A stretch of 63,283 nt of DNA, counting the filler, from Basidiobolus ranarum (lineage: Eukaryota): assembly GCA_040143965.1 (NCBI GenBank). It is 18 parts of 18 records of this genome, joined end to end, with 100 filler letters (N's around TTAATTAATTAA, not from the genome) between each part and the next. Parts side by side here need not be neighbours in the genome. Positions count along the whole stretch, not along the records: positions 21,192 to 24,618 come from JASJQH010009373.1; positions 24,719 to 28,144 come from JASJQH010009374.1; positions 28,245 to 31,668 come from JASJQH010009375.1; positions 31,769 to 35,192 come from JASJQH010009376.1; positions 35,293 to 38,712 come from JASJQH010009377.1; 13 more parts are not named here. The stretch is one strand, 5' to 3'. The position numbers and the translations under genes are program-made. A model generated the notes under the pieces. That model saw only the letters and a program-made list of their open reading frames with translations, made no database searches and had not been told where the DNA came from. Position 1 is the stretch's first letter. Each line of letters begins with the position of its first letter. Positions 23,094 to 36,595 of this stretch are shown in pieces.

Positions 23094-24718
23094 GCTGTCA
23101 CAAATAAGAAATGGAAAATGATTGTTGAAGTTATTGGTAATTCTACTTGGTCTTTATACCTCAAAGACTGCATTCGTCATTACACAAGATGGTATAATTC
23201 CCATGGCCAGGCATAGAGTACCCAGGATAATGACTCAAAATACAACGCCATACTTGACATAAGCTCGAATTGTGCAAACCTGCAAATCCTCTGATGCAAT
23301 AGGCAACGTTCAAGTGAGCGGTGTAAAACCCATATCCTACCATGAGTTGACAGATAGATGCGCCCAACATGCTCAAGGTCCACTCTTGTCCTTGCGACCA
23401 ATAATGAGCTGAGATTAAGAGCCGGATTGAGCGAATGGTCATTTTTGTCAATAATTGATCTTCATACGCTTAGTGAAGGTCGACAATTTCCTCCGGAGAA
23501 ATAGTCCCTCTTGAAGTGAATGTTGGAAAGGTCTCAAACGAAGTCCCGAGAATATAGACACCTCACCGTTCTAAATATAGCAAGTCTTTGCAATATGTTG
23601 CTTGCACAATTAATGCTTCAGCTCAAGATCAGTAGTTATGTATGCCTTAGATATAGTAGCGCGAGCAGGTTAGATGTAGTATCTGTTGTCTGCGCAGGAC
23701 CCCACTTGACGAAGCTCAAGCTAATCACACCTATATCATATATCATTCATAGTAGATTACACCATAATTTTACCTCTCACTAGAGCCTTCCGGGTTTCAC
23801 ATAGCTACCACTGTGAGTGCGACATGTGAGGGGATGCAAATTACAGTGTGCATTTATACATTAGTGGTAGCTCAACATTTTGATATGAGCATTAGTTTCC
23901 CTGTACAATCAGTTCGTAGATATACTGCTGCTCAGGGCTCTGGACTTGCCTCTCCATATTAAATGCTTTTAGACGTAGGTTCTACCAAACAGAGAAGGTG
24001 AGCAATCTATGATGAATTTAAAAGTTATGACAGGATTCGTTGATAGCCTTTGTCACTCCCCTGTTTGATATTCGTGAAAAATTCAAATGGGGAGAGTAGC
24101 TATAATTATGCTAGGTAAATTGTAATATCAACCCTCCCATATAAGAACATCTTGAAGCTTTTTCCAGCCTTATAGCATGCTAGAAGAAGGCATAGAGTAT
24201 CATTTTTTACTGGTGGATTTTTGTAGTTAGCTAGTCTTAGGGGGATGATAAACACCACAGGGTGTAATATTTATTTAATAACTAGATAAACTACTATTAA
24301 ACAAATAAGCCAATGTAGCATAATATGCTAACAATAAAAGTCAAAGTTAAAATATAAAGAAAATAACAAGGTATGGAAATACTGAGGTTAGTTGAAAACC
24401 TTAGAGTTAGCTATTTGCCATAGATGTTGAATGTCAAAGTCTAGTGGAGAATGAAGTTCAACTGCTTGTTCACTGTAGTAATTTCTTAGAAAATTGGTGA
24501 CTTGAAGAGAGGGAGAGTTTTTTAGCAGACTGGTGAATCTTGCTAAGAGTTCCTTTTCCAAAGAGAAAGGTGCAAAAAGAGGGCTGTCAATATGCTGTCT
24601 GAAAGTATGATCAAAGAGNNNNNNNNNNNNNNNNNNNNNNNNNNNNNNNNNNNNNNNNNNNNTTAATTAATTAANNNNNNNNNNNNNNNNNNNNNNNNNN
24701 NNNNNNNNNNNNNNNNNN

Positions 24719-25133
24719 AGATAGCTGGAAGAATGTTGATTTGGCAATGTCAATACAAGGGGGGGCTTTGATGGAGATATTGATACAAACTTGTGTTGGG
24801 TATGAGCTAAACCTTGAGTATAAAGAACTATGTAAAAATATCTAGGACATTATATCAAAGAGACTAGGGATTTCAAAGGTGACAAACAAACATTCAAGTG
24901 GTAATTGTACCAAATTTGAGTTACGTTTTTTGCATATGTGTTGATCCATAGTTCTCTGAGATTGTAGCCAATCATGTGCAACTATTTTGCAAGTTCTTGA
25001 AATTTCGCTCCTGTTACTGAAAAAATTGACTAAAATCAAATATAACTTGTTGATCTTATAAAGATATATAAAAGGTCAATCCAAAATGGATTAAAATTGT
25101 GACAGTTTTCCTACAATAACAATCCTCAAATTT
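24719..25133 (+). mobile_element. CACTA-like end A fragment (tip truncated)
   Basis: Homologous to 17958-18372. Confidence 0.65.
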
Positions 25134-25139
25134 CACCCT

Positions 25140-27730
25140 AAGGTGATGGCAACTTACTCCACCCTGTTGCCTTTTATTCAAAAGGTTCTTTGCAGCAGAA
25201 ATCAGCTATGACTTCTATGCCAAAGAAATGTTAGCAGTTATTGCAGTGTTTGAACAATGGCAACAATACTTGGATGGAGTAAATCACACAACATAGTCCA
25301 TGGTGATCATAAGATTCTTCAGTTTTTTGGTGCAACCAAAGTTCTCAACTACTATCATGCTAGATGGTCATTATTTCCGGCAAGTATTGATTTTGTGATT
25401 ACATTTTGATCAGGTAGCCATCAAGGTAGGCCTGAAGCCTAATGATGTAGTGCAGAATATCAGCCTAAAGAAGGGGTTGTGGCCTTTGGGTAACAAATCC
25501 TTCCCTACTGAAGCCCCACCAACTGGAAATTAATGAAACTGCTCTTTCTCCACCTAGTTCAAGCACATTCCATCAACACATTCACAAACTTAAATATGAA
25601 GACCCATTGGTACCATGAATCAAGAAAGCCCAGGATGCACCCTAAGGTGTCTCTGTTGAAGTGTCTTGTCTTTATCATATTTGTTATCTCTATCTTTATA
25701 CACATAGCTATTTCATATGGCACATATAAGTTAGTTAAAATTATTTAGTCAAATATCACTTTACTGAAAATTGGAACATACATTATATTTATATGTGAAT
25801 AATGTGAGAATTTGCAATTCCATATTGGAAATTTCAAACTTGTCCAAATTGCCCCAAAGATAGCTTAATTTACTCCCACAGATGTTATGAGCACAACCCC
25901 AGTGTTAGTTCTCTGCATTTCCACCAAAATGTACAAATGCTTTATTTCTGGACAATAAATAATTATCTCACAAAGTTATTAACAACTCCACTTTTCTAAA
26001 GTTTCTCCAAACAGCCCATATTTTCCTAATACTCTCAAGTTTTGAACATGTACTGCCACTTCTCAATCATCAATGATCTCTTGTTTTAAAAAGGAGCACC
26101 TTTACATTCTAAACTTTACTTCCAGACTCAAAATTGTGAAGGAAAGACATGACTCACCACTTGCAGGACACTTGAGTATTGCCAAATCATATATGCTGGC
26201 ATCCAGGAATTATTGATGGCCAAAATGTTTGCATTTGTCAGGACGTATGTTTCCACCTATGATACTTATGCTTGAGTAAAGACTCCAAGACATCAGCCCT
26301 ATGGCATCCTACAGCCACTTCCAATACTTGCTCAGCAGTGGAAATCTATATTGCTGGATTTCATCACTGACCTACCCTTGTCTGCCAAATCTGAAGTAAT
26401 TCGGGTAATTGTTGCCTGTCTAACAAAGATGGCCCACTTTGTGCCCTGCAACAAGTCTATGGATGCAACACAAACAGTAGGATTGGAATTTAAAATATCT
26501 TCTGCCTACATAGACTTCCTGAAACTATCATCTCTGACCAAGGACCCCAGGTTACTTCCAAAATCTGGAACAGTCTTCTACAAGCCTTGGGTATCAGTAC
26601 CAATATCTCCACTGCCTTCCTTCCCAAATCTGATGGCTAAGCAGAAAGGGTCAACCAAGTTTTGGAACAATATTTACAATGCACTATTAACTATATTGAC
26701 AATAATTGTACATAACTCTTGCCTCTAGCTGAATTTGCATACAACAACTCTTATCAAACCTCAACAAAAAAACTTCTTTCTTTGCAAATTGTGCACTCCA
26801 TCCTAGTTTCACAATTCACCCTCTATTCAATCTACCTTGCCCTGCTGTTTCAGATAGTGCCACTTATTTACAGACATCCATAAACAAAAATATCCAAGTT
26901 GGAGCATGCTCAATCCCAATACAAGAACTTTGCTGATAAGAAAAGAAATCCAAACCCAGATCTCCAGCCAGGAGATTATGTATGGCTGATTCATATGAAT
27001 ATTAAGACCACTAGACCTTGTGATAATCATGATCAAAAACCATTAGGGTTTTTACAATCATTAAGCAAAGCAATTCAGTTGCCTTTTGCCTTGAACTCCA
27101 AGGCTATTTCAAAGTTCACAAGGGAATATATGTGTCTCTCCTAGAGCCCTAGCTCAGAGATATATTTCATAGCTAGTTCATTGACCCACCTCCAGCAATC
27201 CAAGTAGAAAAACACTCTGAATATGAAGTTTGCAAAATTCTAGATTCTTGAATTTTTTAACATATATTGCAATATTTAGTGAACTGGAAGGGCACTCAAC
27301 AAATGCTCAAGCATGGTAGCCAGCAACAAGTCTTTTCAACTCTGAGGAATTTTGTCAGGAGTTCTTTGAATCCTACCCAGAAAAACCTGGCCCTATGAAG
27401 ATAGTGGGCCATCACTAAAGGAAGGGATACTTTCATGATTCTGATCTTGGCATACTGATCTACTGTAAATAGAATTTGTCTATTATTAGATTATCACATC
27501 ATACCAGCTATGCCATCCTTTCTTGGCAATCTTGTGCTAGTTCAGCCATGTTACCTTATATGGAAATCATGTTCTTTGAAACATTCCATGAAACCTTTCC
27601 AATCATATTATCCCACAGATAATATATTTCTGCCAAGACTTTCCATGGATGGTCACCTGATCATCTTTACAACATCCCCCTTTGTACTGGTCTTTGTAGT
27701 CCACAACACCCCAACACTTGAACTTGCCAC
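25140..27730 (+). mobile_element. Decayed Ty3/gypsy chromovirus: RNase H, integrase, chromodomain, PPT and 3' LTR (from 27431)
   Basis: LHPVAFYS, KEMLAVI, HDSPLAGH, LDFITDLP, LTKMAHFVPC, PGDYVWL, EYEVCKILDS...YLVNWKG...YPEKPGP; AAAGGAAGGGATAC precedes the LTR. Confidence 0.92.
25654..26031 (+). repeat. Solo copia LTR family C inserted in gypsy pol
   Basis: TGTTGAAG...CTAATA homologous to 18745-19120; flanks GTCTC and CTCTC (4/5 TSD match). Confidence 0.85.
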
Positions 27731-27751
27731 AGTATATTTCTTATTTAGTAT

Positions 27752-28144
27752 CCCTAACAATAATAAAATTAACTTGATCCAGATTAGATCCATCCTCCAA
27801 AATAGCAAAACCATCAGAGCACCATAGCAGGGATCTTGATGGTGTGATGGCAGTTTCTTGATGGTATTTTGACGGTATTCATACATGTTAAAATATTAAT
27901 CCTCAAATTTGGCATGTGTTATTCATTATCTGGCAATTTTTGCAAAGATATGATTTTTGAGTGGCAAATTACTGGGTTTACTGCTGTAGGAATTTGAATT
28001 AATATGCATGCCTTTGTTTAGATATTTTAGGCTTTGTATGCCAGCCATAATGAAAATCAAAAAGTACAAGAATCTTATTGGATTTAGTCTCTACATATGC
28101 ACATACTTGACTGATTAGACATCACTCAACAACATCAATATGCT
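27752..28144 (-). mobile_element. CACTA-like end B, antisense
   Basis: Begins CCCTAACAATAATAAAATTAACTTGATCCAG, the reverse complement of the 20760 end; colinear with 20345-20760. Confidence 0.75.
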
Positions 28145-28245
28145 NNNNNNNNNNNNNNNNNNNNNNNNNNNNNNNNNNNNNNNNNNNNTTAATTAATTAA
28201 NNNNNNNNNNNNNNNNNNNNNNNNNNNNNNNNNNNNNNNNNNNNC

Positions 28246-28365
28246 GAGTATCTCTTTGGCAGAGGCTGGAGATTGGTCAACCTTGCTGAGTGTTTGCAAA
28301 AGCCACCGATGTACCGTGAGGCCAATCCTTCAGACAACAAATGTGGTATAAAAGCCTGCGTTTAG
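28246..28365 (+). CDS. Possible last codons of a chitin/polysaccharide deacetylase (CE4); 5' truncated
   Basis: EYLFGRGWRLVNLAECLQKPPMYR...* resembles the G(Y/W)xLVTVxECL...Y C-terminal motif of fungal NodB-type deacetylases. Only 39 aa are visible. Confidence 0.4.
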   Translation, partial: EYLFGRGWRLVNLAECLQKPPMYREANPSDNKCGIKACV

Positions 28366-29133
28366 AAGAATTTATCAAAGGTGTGGTTAATTTAAAATCT
28401 CTTTACATCTGCATAACACATTGATCTCAATATACAATTTATTAACAAATTTAGTAAGCATAAAATTATTCGAAGCCAAACTACACTTGGTCTAGTTTAG
28501 TCCCACATAAAGTTACTGTTGCAAAATTAATCAAATCACGGTTAATAGTAGGACTTGTCTTGAATAAAAATCATTGTAATAGAGAAAAGCAGTACTTTAT
28601 GACTAACAGTAATACAATACCTAGCGAAAACTCTGTTTGATCGACATCGTAAATGGTGAGCTATGTATCAGAGATATTTTTCTTCGGTAACTATATAACC
28701 TCAACCAAGAAACGCTTCTCCTAAATAAGTTTAAAGTGGATTTGTATCTTCTCATTACGACATTAGGTATGGGGTTTTTTATGTGAAGTATGGAAATTCT
28801 ATCAACTAAGTACTCTCCTATATTGTATTAAGGAACACCGTCAATTCTCCCATGCCATTTGCGGTTAACCCGATAGATGTGATCTGGATACAGAGATATT
28901 TGATTGATTGAAGGGAAAATTGATCGATGTACGCTGGATTTTGACTTTAGCTTTCGTTCTAGAATTCTGTTTACAGATTTTCCACAGTAACACAAATTCA
29001 GGAATTCAGATATGACAGAATATAGCGGCGTCCTGGAGAGTGTAACTTGTTGGGGAACCTCAAACGTTGAGTCGGAATCAGCTCAAGTTCATTTATTATG
29101 CTGTTTCTGGGAATCCCCTAGACCCTATTTATA

Positions 29134-30765
29134 CACTAGCGGTCATAACTGATTCACTTATTTTGCATGCATTTTTCAAACGACGATATCTTCATTCACC
29201 TCTGTATTAAAGTGATAGCTGTCATATAATCCAAGTAGGGCCAAAATAGCAGTTTTTGATACTATCAAGGGCTTTCACCACTCTTGGTAATAATATACAT
29301 TCATTGCAGTCAATAAATCAGCTTCAGCCCAACATATTTTTGTGCTTTATGAACTATGTTTTAAAATTCCATTCATTAGACGATCCAAACTATTTATTTA
29401 TTATATAGCCTTGGGCAAGTCCATCACTGACTAAGCACAGTTTACAAAAAATTCCAATTGGAGCGGGGTTGGGCTGAGAGTCAATAACATTTGCGCTGCT
29501 ATTGGAAACCGGCTTTCCAATGGAAGCATTGTTAGAAAACTGGCAAACCAAGTAAAAAAGATTGTATTTTCAGTGGGTTCATACATGTGCAAATCTTGGA
29601 CGGATTGATAAGTTGTTAAACTCATATTCAATATTTGCTGCTTCCTCATCAAAGAGAACATGTTTGATATCGCTAAATACTTTGGGAACATCTCCTGCAG
29701 TATGATTGAATAAGTTCGATCATATTCCCAGATAGAACATTCAAATCAAGAGCATCCAGTTGACCTATACTTATAACGGTGGTGCCATTCAAAAGTGCTC
29801 CTCAAATTTTAAAAATTGCACCATCAAAAGGGGTACTTGCATGATTTGCTATCTTATCATCATTTTCAATGGTACAATGATTGTACATTTTACTTGATGA
29901 ACAGTGATAAGATTTTTTGGTAGTAGGCTCCAGTATAACTGAATATATCAATTGTTCAGGCTAGAAATGTCAGGATTGAGCATGAAGAGTATGCCCATCA
30001 GATGTAGTACTGTCTACTAAGATGGTAGGAGCAATGTTAACCTCCAATAATGGCTTGTTTGTGATTATTTTGTTGTCTGTAAATGTTGGCCTAGTCATAG
30101 TACTATCCACCACCATAGTAGGAGTGATTCTAACCTCCAACAATGGCTTCTTGATACTTATTTGGAGGTCATTTCTTGAGTGCTTAGTATCGGTCACAGT
30201 ACCCCCTACTACAATGGTAAGAGTAATAGTGGCTGGGGGGTATGAAAAACACCAGGTGGTGTAAGCCCGGTTTGGCTTATATGCTAATCTAAATAAAGAG
30301 ACAACTAGGAAAACAATCTACTAATATACTCTGACAGGATCAGAGCGTATCCATCCTAAGTATGACTATTAATATATTCAAGTTTTGAGGATGTAACTAT
30401 ACCATCGAGGGGAGAAGGTGGCTAATGAAAGGGAAGCAGGATACATCCTATGGACAATAGGACAGAAAGCTTGAACAACAAACATTAAGAAAAGAATTTT
30501 GGCAGAATGGCACTGTTTCCGAAGATTTATCTAATTGTCTGGCAACAATTTCAGGTTTTTCCGCTTCAAGCATTTGGAAAGTCAAATCAAATTAAATATG
30601 ATTGTTTTGAACAAATTTTCAGCAGGATAGTGAATTTACATTTGAAGAAGGTGCGGTAAGCTACTTCTTGATCAGGTGGGTACTGTAAAGAGTGGTAGAG
30701 TCAGTTTTTAGTATTTGTCATTGGAAAATGCATACAAAAAAGTGAATCAGTTATGACCACTAGTG
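29134..30765 (-). mobile_element. Decayed Tc1/mariner-like DNA transposon with TIRs of about 50 bp and TA target duplication
   Basis: TA|CACTAGCGGTCATAACTGATTCACTTATTTTGCATGCATTTT ... AAAATGCATACAAAAAAGTGAATCAGTTATGACCACTAGTG|TA. Weak HTH-like remnant EIVARQLDKSSETV on the minus strand. Confidence 0.65.
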
Positions 30766-31768
30766 TATTCCAAATGCCTCATGAGTATTTGGAACTGGCA
30801 AGTCTTCTCAACTAACTCAGGATGGTTCATGCCACTGTCACTCCAATTTTAACACAACCATGTTCTTTATTTTGTATATCATCTTGGACCAATTCAAATA
30901 ACCTTAGGGACTTTGAGTTTCAACTCGGGTTAGGGCAGTTTATGTTTTTCAGTGATACCATGTGCGGACAATACTCTAAGTACCTTAGGGTAGGCTGCGG
31001 CAAGTGCTCAACCACTAATATATATGCTGGTGCCTTAGTAAAATCCTATTTATTAGAATATTGACTCTCGATATTAACTGTTAAATACCTTCCACCGCAA
31101 ATTAAACTGAATAGATGTGGTAGACTCCACCTGATGATCACCTTGATATTTTACCGCTAAGATATGGAGTGTGAGTGTTGAAATAGAGTTATTGAAAAAG
31201 ACGCTACGTAGAGCTCAGAATACATTTTATCACTTACAAATTCTACAAAAATATTGTCAATACTCAGATGAGTGACTTGGTCCAACTACTTTTGATTTAA
31301 TCGTTACCTAAGCCATACTTTTCTTATAAAGAACCTGAAGTATATCAATACATTGCTAGGCTACTGTCGTGACTAACAATCACCACAGTAAGCCATCTCT
31401 CTGATACTTACTATGACCCAATATCACCAGCCCTCATCCACAAATACTGGAAAACATAGCCAATCTCATCATGGCCATCAACATAAAACCGGTGGACAGA
31501 AAAATCAACATTTAAGCCTGGTGGGTTAAGGTGGGGGACCTTCCCAAGCAAAGCTGAAGGATAGATTGTTTCCTCGACCCATCCCTAAATCGGTCCTCAT
31601 CCCCCCGCCCGCCCCCCGGTGAAGGATGAGTTCGAAAAAGGCGGGGGGGGGAGACCCGGGGGACAACANNNNNNNNNNNNNNNNNNNNNNNNNNNNNNNN
31701 NNNNNNNNNNNNTTAATTAATTAANNNNNNNNNNNNNNNNNNNNNNNNNNNNNNNNNNNNNNNNNNNN

Positions 31769-33700
31769 AGGCTATCTCTTCTTGATGAGCAGTGGACATG
31801 AGTGTCATATAGTTTGTCCGATGTGTTACAACTCCTGATGATAGCAGCCTTCCATCAATTACTTCTACAAGGACTGGACTAGATTTCTTGATTGTTGGGA
31901 TAGAGTGGGAATTGGCAAAGGCAGAGTCAATAAAAAGGAGGAAGCACCTGAATCAAGAATTGCAGTTGGTTTTATTGGCTTGGAATTTGGTAGCAGGAGT
32001 GTAATAGGCAGCTTTAATGATTGGTATGACAGCAGAGATTGCAATGTATGGTGAAGAAAGATTTTTTAAAGTGGTTGGCCTAGCTGCATGCCCATTATTG
32101 CAGCTGGGCACTGAAGTTTTCCAATGGTTGGGAAGAGTTCTCTTCAACTTGTACAATTTTGATCTTAAATGCAGGATTCTTTTTTGGACAGGTTCTTGCT
32201 ACATGTCCAGGAGCTCCACAATAGAGGCATAGATTCTCTAGCTGGTGCCAATATTTCTCCTCAGAGCTAAGCTTTCAGAATTGAGTTCCATCAATTTGCA
32301 TAGGGTCATCTGCTTGGGCTGTATTTTAGGTTTGATGGAAGGCAGGTCTGAGAGTAGATGAGGAAGGAGAGAAGAAAGGAGACATATTTCTTTGTTGTTG
32401 TCATTCAAAGAACTGGTTGTCACATTTAATAGCCTGATGAATAGCATCAGTCAAGGTCACTGGGTCAGCCAAAGTGAGTAAAAGATTCTTAATATTTCTT
32501 GGAGTCCATATTGGAATTGACTTATTAGGGCAGATTCTCCCCAATTGTGATTCCAGGCAAGAAGGTGGAATTCCGCAGCATAAGTTGCTGCTGGCTTTGA
32601 CTCTAGTTTAAGTGCACATAGCTTGGTGGCTGAAGTCCTTTCCTTATCTGCATTTCTAAATGTGGCTTTCAATTCAGCAAGAAAGGCAAGGAAGTTTGAA
32701 AGAAGTGGAGAATGACTTTCAATCAATGAAGCAAACCAAGATAGAGCTGTTCCTGATGAGAGTGTTCCCACTAAGCCTACTTTTGTTTGGTGTGAGGGGT
32801 AGCAATGGGGATGTAACTGGATGATCAGCTTTACTTGGTTAATAAAACCACAATAGTTTTGGCAAGTGCCATTAAACTTATTTGGTAAGGAGATCTTGGG
32901 TTCAGGAGTTGAATTTGCAGGATAGTTAGGTGGAGCTGCATTCTGCACTTGAGCAAGAGAAGCACAAAGTTCTTGATTTTCTTACTGAAGCTGAGTAAGA
33001 GCTTGCATGATAACTTCCATTGTGGGGGCTGGTGTAGAGATAATACCTACTATGTTGGGAGGGGGAAGTTTTAAATCCACAAGTTTCTCTAGGAATGATA
33101 ATCACAATGCAATGTCCAGCTTTCTGTTGAAGAAATGATTGGTGCCTTGACAAAAGAATATGGTGGGATCAATGTCCTTTGATCTTGATCAAGTTCTAAA
33201 GTTTCTTTGTTTAAAACCAACTGTAAACTCAACCAGTAGTGTACTGACAAGGATGCACTTAGAGCAATTATCAAAAGGTGGAAGGTACCTTTGCCTCAGC
33301 AGGGAAGCTTGGGAAAGATGGGAAATAACAGGGAAGCTAACCTTGGGGGATTTCAAGGTTGGAGAACAGGGATGGACAGAAGTCTACAGGCAAGTGTAAG
33401 TAGTCTGATCAAACTGTCACAGTAAGGAACTGGACAAGGACTGGAAACAATGACAAGAGGCAAGAAGGCAGGATAGTGCTTGGGTGTAGACCACAAGACA
33501 GTACAAGACAGGGAAGATACTTTGGCAAGAATCTTTATTGTTAACTGGCATTGATCAGACTGAGGCCCAATCCAGGAATACATGGGGCTTATATAGTTAT
33601 TTTGAGGGGAAGCATAATATACTGAATCAGGAATATAAGACTTGTTTGATTTCATTAAGCCAGATCAGGCCAGCAAAAAGTGTGCCAGTATAAATTGGCA
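31769..33700 (-). mobile_element. Decayed Ty3/gypsy 5' region: LTR/leader, gag and protease
   Basis: EPKISLPNKFNG...FINQVKL...GTALSWF...YAAEF...WGESAL..QFQYGL; zinc knuckle LCLYCGAPGHVARTCP; FIDS...VEVIDGR. The right boundary is approximate. Confidence 0.88.
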
Positions 33701-33899
33701 TGATTGGGCAATATCCAGCATGAACCTATTTATCATTTCAGAAACTGTAGTTTAAGTTATGTAGTATATTTAGGAAAAGTTCTTTTTGACATTATTGCAC
33801 ATTCAAAAGATGATGAAAGCTTTATTCATAGTGACTTAAGTCTAGAGCTCTCAATGGATATCTTTGAGTGTGAATGCATGAGAATTAAGCAAGATCTTG

Positions 33900-34393
33900 A
33901 CTACTTTGCCTTACTTTGATTGAGGCCCACAAACTGATTTTCCATTATAATTTCCTACTACAATGTTATATCCCTTTAGGACACCAAAGCTATGGTCTAC
34001 TCTTGCTCTAAAATTGGAAAAAATGTAATTATAAAGCTTTTGCCTCCCTGTAAGTATCCCTCCTCTGGGCCTTGTGTTGGCTGTGACACATCCTAGCCTC
34101 TTGCATTCTTCCCCAACATATGCCAAATCGGCCATAGTATTTTCATATCTTACAAGTGGTGCATGCCTCTCAACCCAAAGCCTTTTGTCACAGTGTCTCC
34201 CTGGATGTGGTCCACTAAATCAAATGATGTTTTGTTCCAAATCTGTCAAAGCCTGTAACTTTATACCATGGGCTTTTTACTTGCCAGAATAGAATAGCTT
34301 TTGGTTGCATTTGGCCTTATTAATTCTCACAGGAAATGTGTCAAGAATACTTCTGATATTAACTCTATTTGGAAATAATCCAGGAATTGGAAG
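33900..34393 (-). mobile_element. PIF/Harbinger-ISL2EU (DDE_Tnp_4) transposase relic
   Basis: SILDTFPVRI...FYSGK*KAHGIKLQ..TD...FSGPHPGRHCD...MADLAYVG...PRGGILT..QKLYN..FS.FRARVDHSFGVLK. Confidence 0.8.
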
Positions 34394-35192
34394 CCCTACA
34401 AAAATTTGAGGATTGTTATTGTAGGAAAACCATTACAATTTTAATCCATTTGGGATTGACCTTTTACTTACTGTCATAAAATTGTCATGTTAGATTTAAT
34501 TTTAATCAACTTTTTCAGTTCAGCAGTGAAATTTCAAGATCTTGCAAAATAATTGCACATGATTGGCTACAGTCTCAAAGAACTCTGGATCAACACATGT
34601 GCAAAAAACATAACTCAAATTTTACACAATTACCACTAAAACACTAATTTGTCACCTTCAAAATCCCTAGTCTCTTTGTTATATTCTCTTGAAAATTTTT
34701 ATAGAGTTATGCATACCCAAGGTTTAGCTCATACCTAACACAGGTTTGTATCAATATCTCCTTCAAAGCCCACCATTGTATTAACATTGCAGAATCAACA
34801 TTCATCTAGCTATCTAGCAGATACCCTGTGATATTGTGCCACTCTGTATTAAGTTCTTCCCCAATATCTGCACAGTTGACACCAGACTGAATGTCAAGTT
34901 GAATGTTCTTCTTGTGAAGCCACTTTTGGCATACTTGCACTGCATTTTTCCCTTCTTACAATTGAACATACACCTCAAGCACTTTGACTATTTTTGTATG
35001 TCCTTACAGTGTGACACTACTGAGGGTGCTTTTTGGTGTTTGTGTGGCTTCTTGCTTGCCTTTAACTTTGGGGCTAATTTGAACACTTTGAAAAGTACCA
35101 GTTGAGGTTGGAGAGCCATGAGTTTTATTTGCTGGTGTTTTGGCTTGTTGAGAGATGCCAGGTGTTGGATAAACTTCCAATTTTAGCACTCT
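34394..35192 (-). mobile_element. CACTA-like end A, antisense, abutting the Harbinger relic
   Basis: Begins CCCTACAAAAATTTGAGGATTG; reverse complement of 17664-18380; extends the accessory ORF upstream. Confidence 0.65.
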
Positions 35193-36595
35193 NNNNNNNN
35201 NNNNNNNNNNNNNNNNNNNNNNNNNNNNNNNNNNNNTTAATTAATTAANNNNNNNNNNNNNNNNNNNNNNNNNNNNNNNNNNNNNNNNNNNNTAATAAGA
35301 TTTTGTTAGTCGAAATGAAATTTCAAGAAACCCAAATGTATGAAGAGACGCCTAAACGTATGGCATCTTCAGTTGTGAAATTCTCTCTAAAAATCTCTGT
35401 TTTATGGTGAGTATTCCCAGAGGCGCTTTACCAGCGACAGTCATTTGTATTAACTGAACTAACATAAGCTGTTTGTCCTGTGCTACCATGCACGCGATAA
35501 TGTTTAATCTCATCTTATCTCATTCCAGACCAGGCCTGCCCCATTTCTCCTGTAAATTCATGAATATGTGATTGCTTCGGATTGTTTGGATCATAATTGG
35601 TGTGAACGAATCTAATGACAATAAACCATAAGCGTACAATTGCGGGTACAATTATGAGTACAACTATGGGTGATACAACATCGATTATCACCTTGTTGAT
35701 TGTTTCACGATGCAAAAGTATAATTGTAGCCAGCATCAAACCCTCCACATAAATGTTTGCTATAATGAAAACACCCACCACTAAAACTTGTTACACATTG
35801 ACCCAATACGCTTTATCTTAGAGAATATGTGAAAGATATATCTGCTATTTTTTCTGGATCATGAATTCAGTGTGAAGTATTCCACCGTCAAAAAGCGCTC
35901 CATTAAATCCAAATAAAATTCGTTTCAAACCTTGCATTGACGTATAGAAAGCACTTGTATAATAAACCATGTCTCTATCTTTGGCAGTTCCCCAAGCTAC
36001 CATTTACAGGGTTACCTAGCCTAAGCACCCTTGCACTTGATGAATGGAGAAGAGCCTATATTCTAAATCCAAACATGATACACTAATAGCAATTTATCGA
36101 TTTAAGAGTAATTTGTATACTCCACTGTTGATCTCATGTTTCTGTTTGTTATATTCTACAATGATTTGTCTATACAACAAAAATCAATTTTCATTTCACT
36201 TTATTAAGAAACTCCACGTGAAAAGAGCAACACTGTACCAAGCTTTGAACCATGCGGAACTATTACTTCTAGCAATTTTCCTTAACTACTATATTCCTTT
36301 CTGTACGTTTTTGCTGAGTATGTATCTTAATGAATCCTATAGTTCTCATCCCATTCCGATCCAAAGCCTAGTACTCGCTAGCTGCCTATTTGATCATCTC
36401 TCTACACCCTATAGGGCAAGTAACTGCTATACTGAACTCTCATATTAGTCCCAATTTGCTTTGTTTAACACCCCCAGCTCAGACAGCTCCAAAATCCTGC
36501 ACTGAGCTGTTTCTTTAGTTGAGTAAAGTTCAGGATATTTAATCACTTTTCTTTAATTCACCACAACGACACTAAGAAAAGAATATTAGTATTTA

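Noticed and set aside
29970-30264. Thr/Val-rich ORFs with an internal repeat (KPLLEV..PT..VDST)
   Set aside because: Lie inside a decayed transposon in CpG-poor DNA; no evidence of a real gene.
31413-31668. His/Gln-rich short ORF followed by a GC-rich G/C-run tract (possible G-quadruplex)
   Set aside because: Composition changes abruptly at the contig end, typical of a low-quality read tail; no recognisable product.
35515-35781. Hydrophobic 88-aa minus-strand ORF, possibly a membrane-protein exon
   Set aside because: No clear start, splice structure or family motif.
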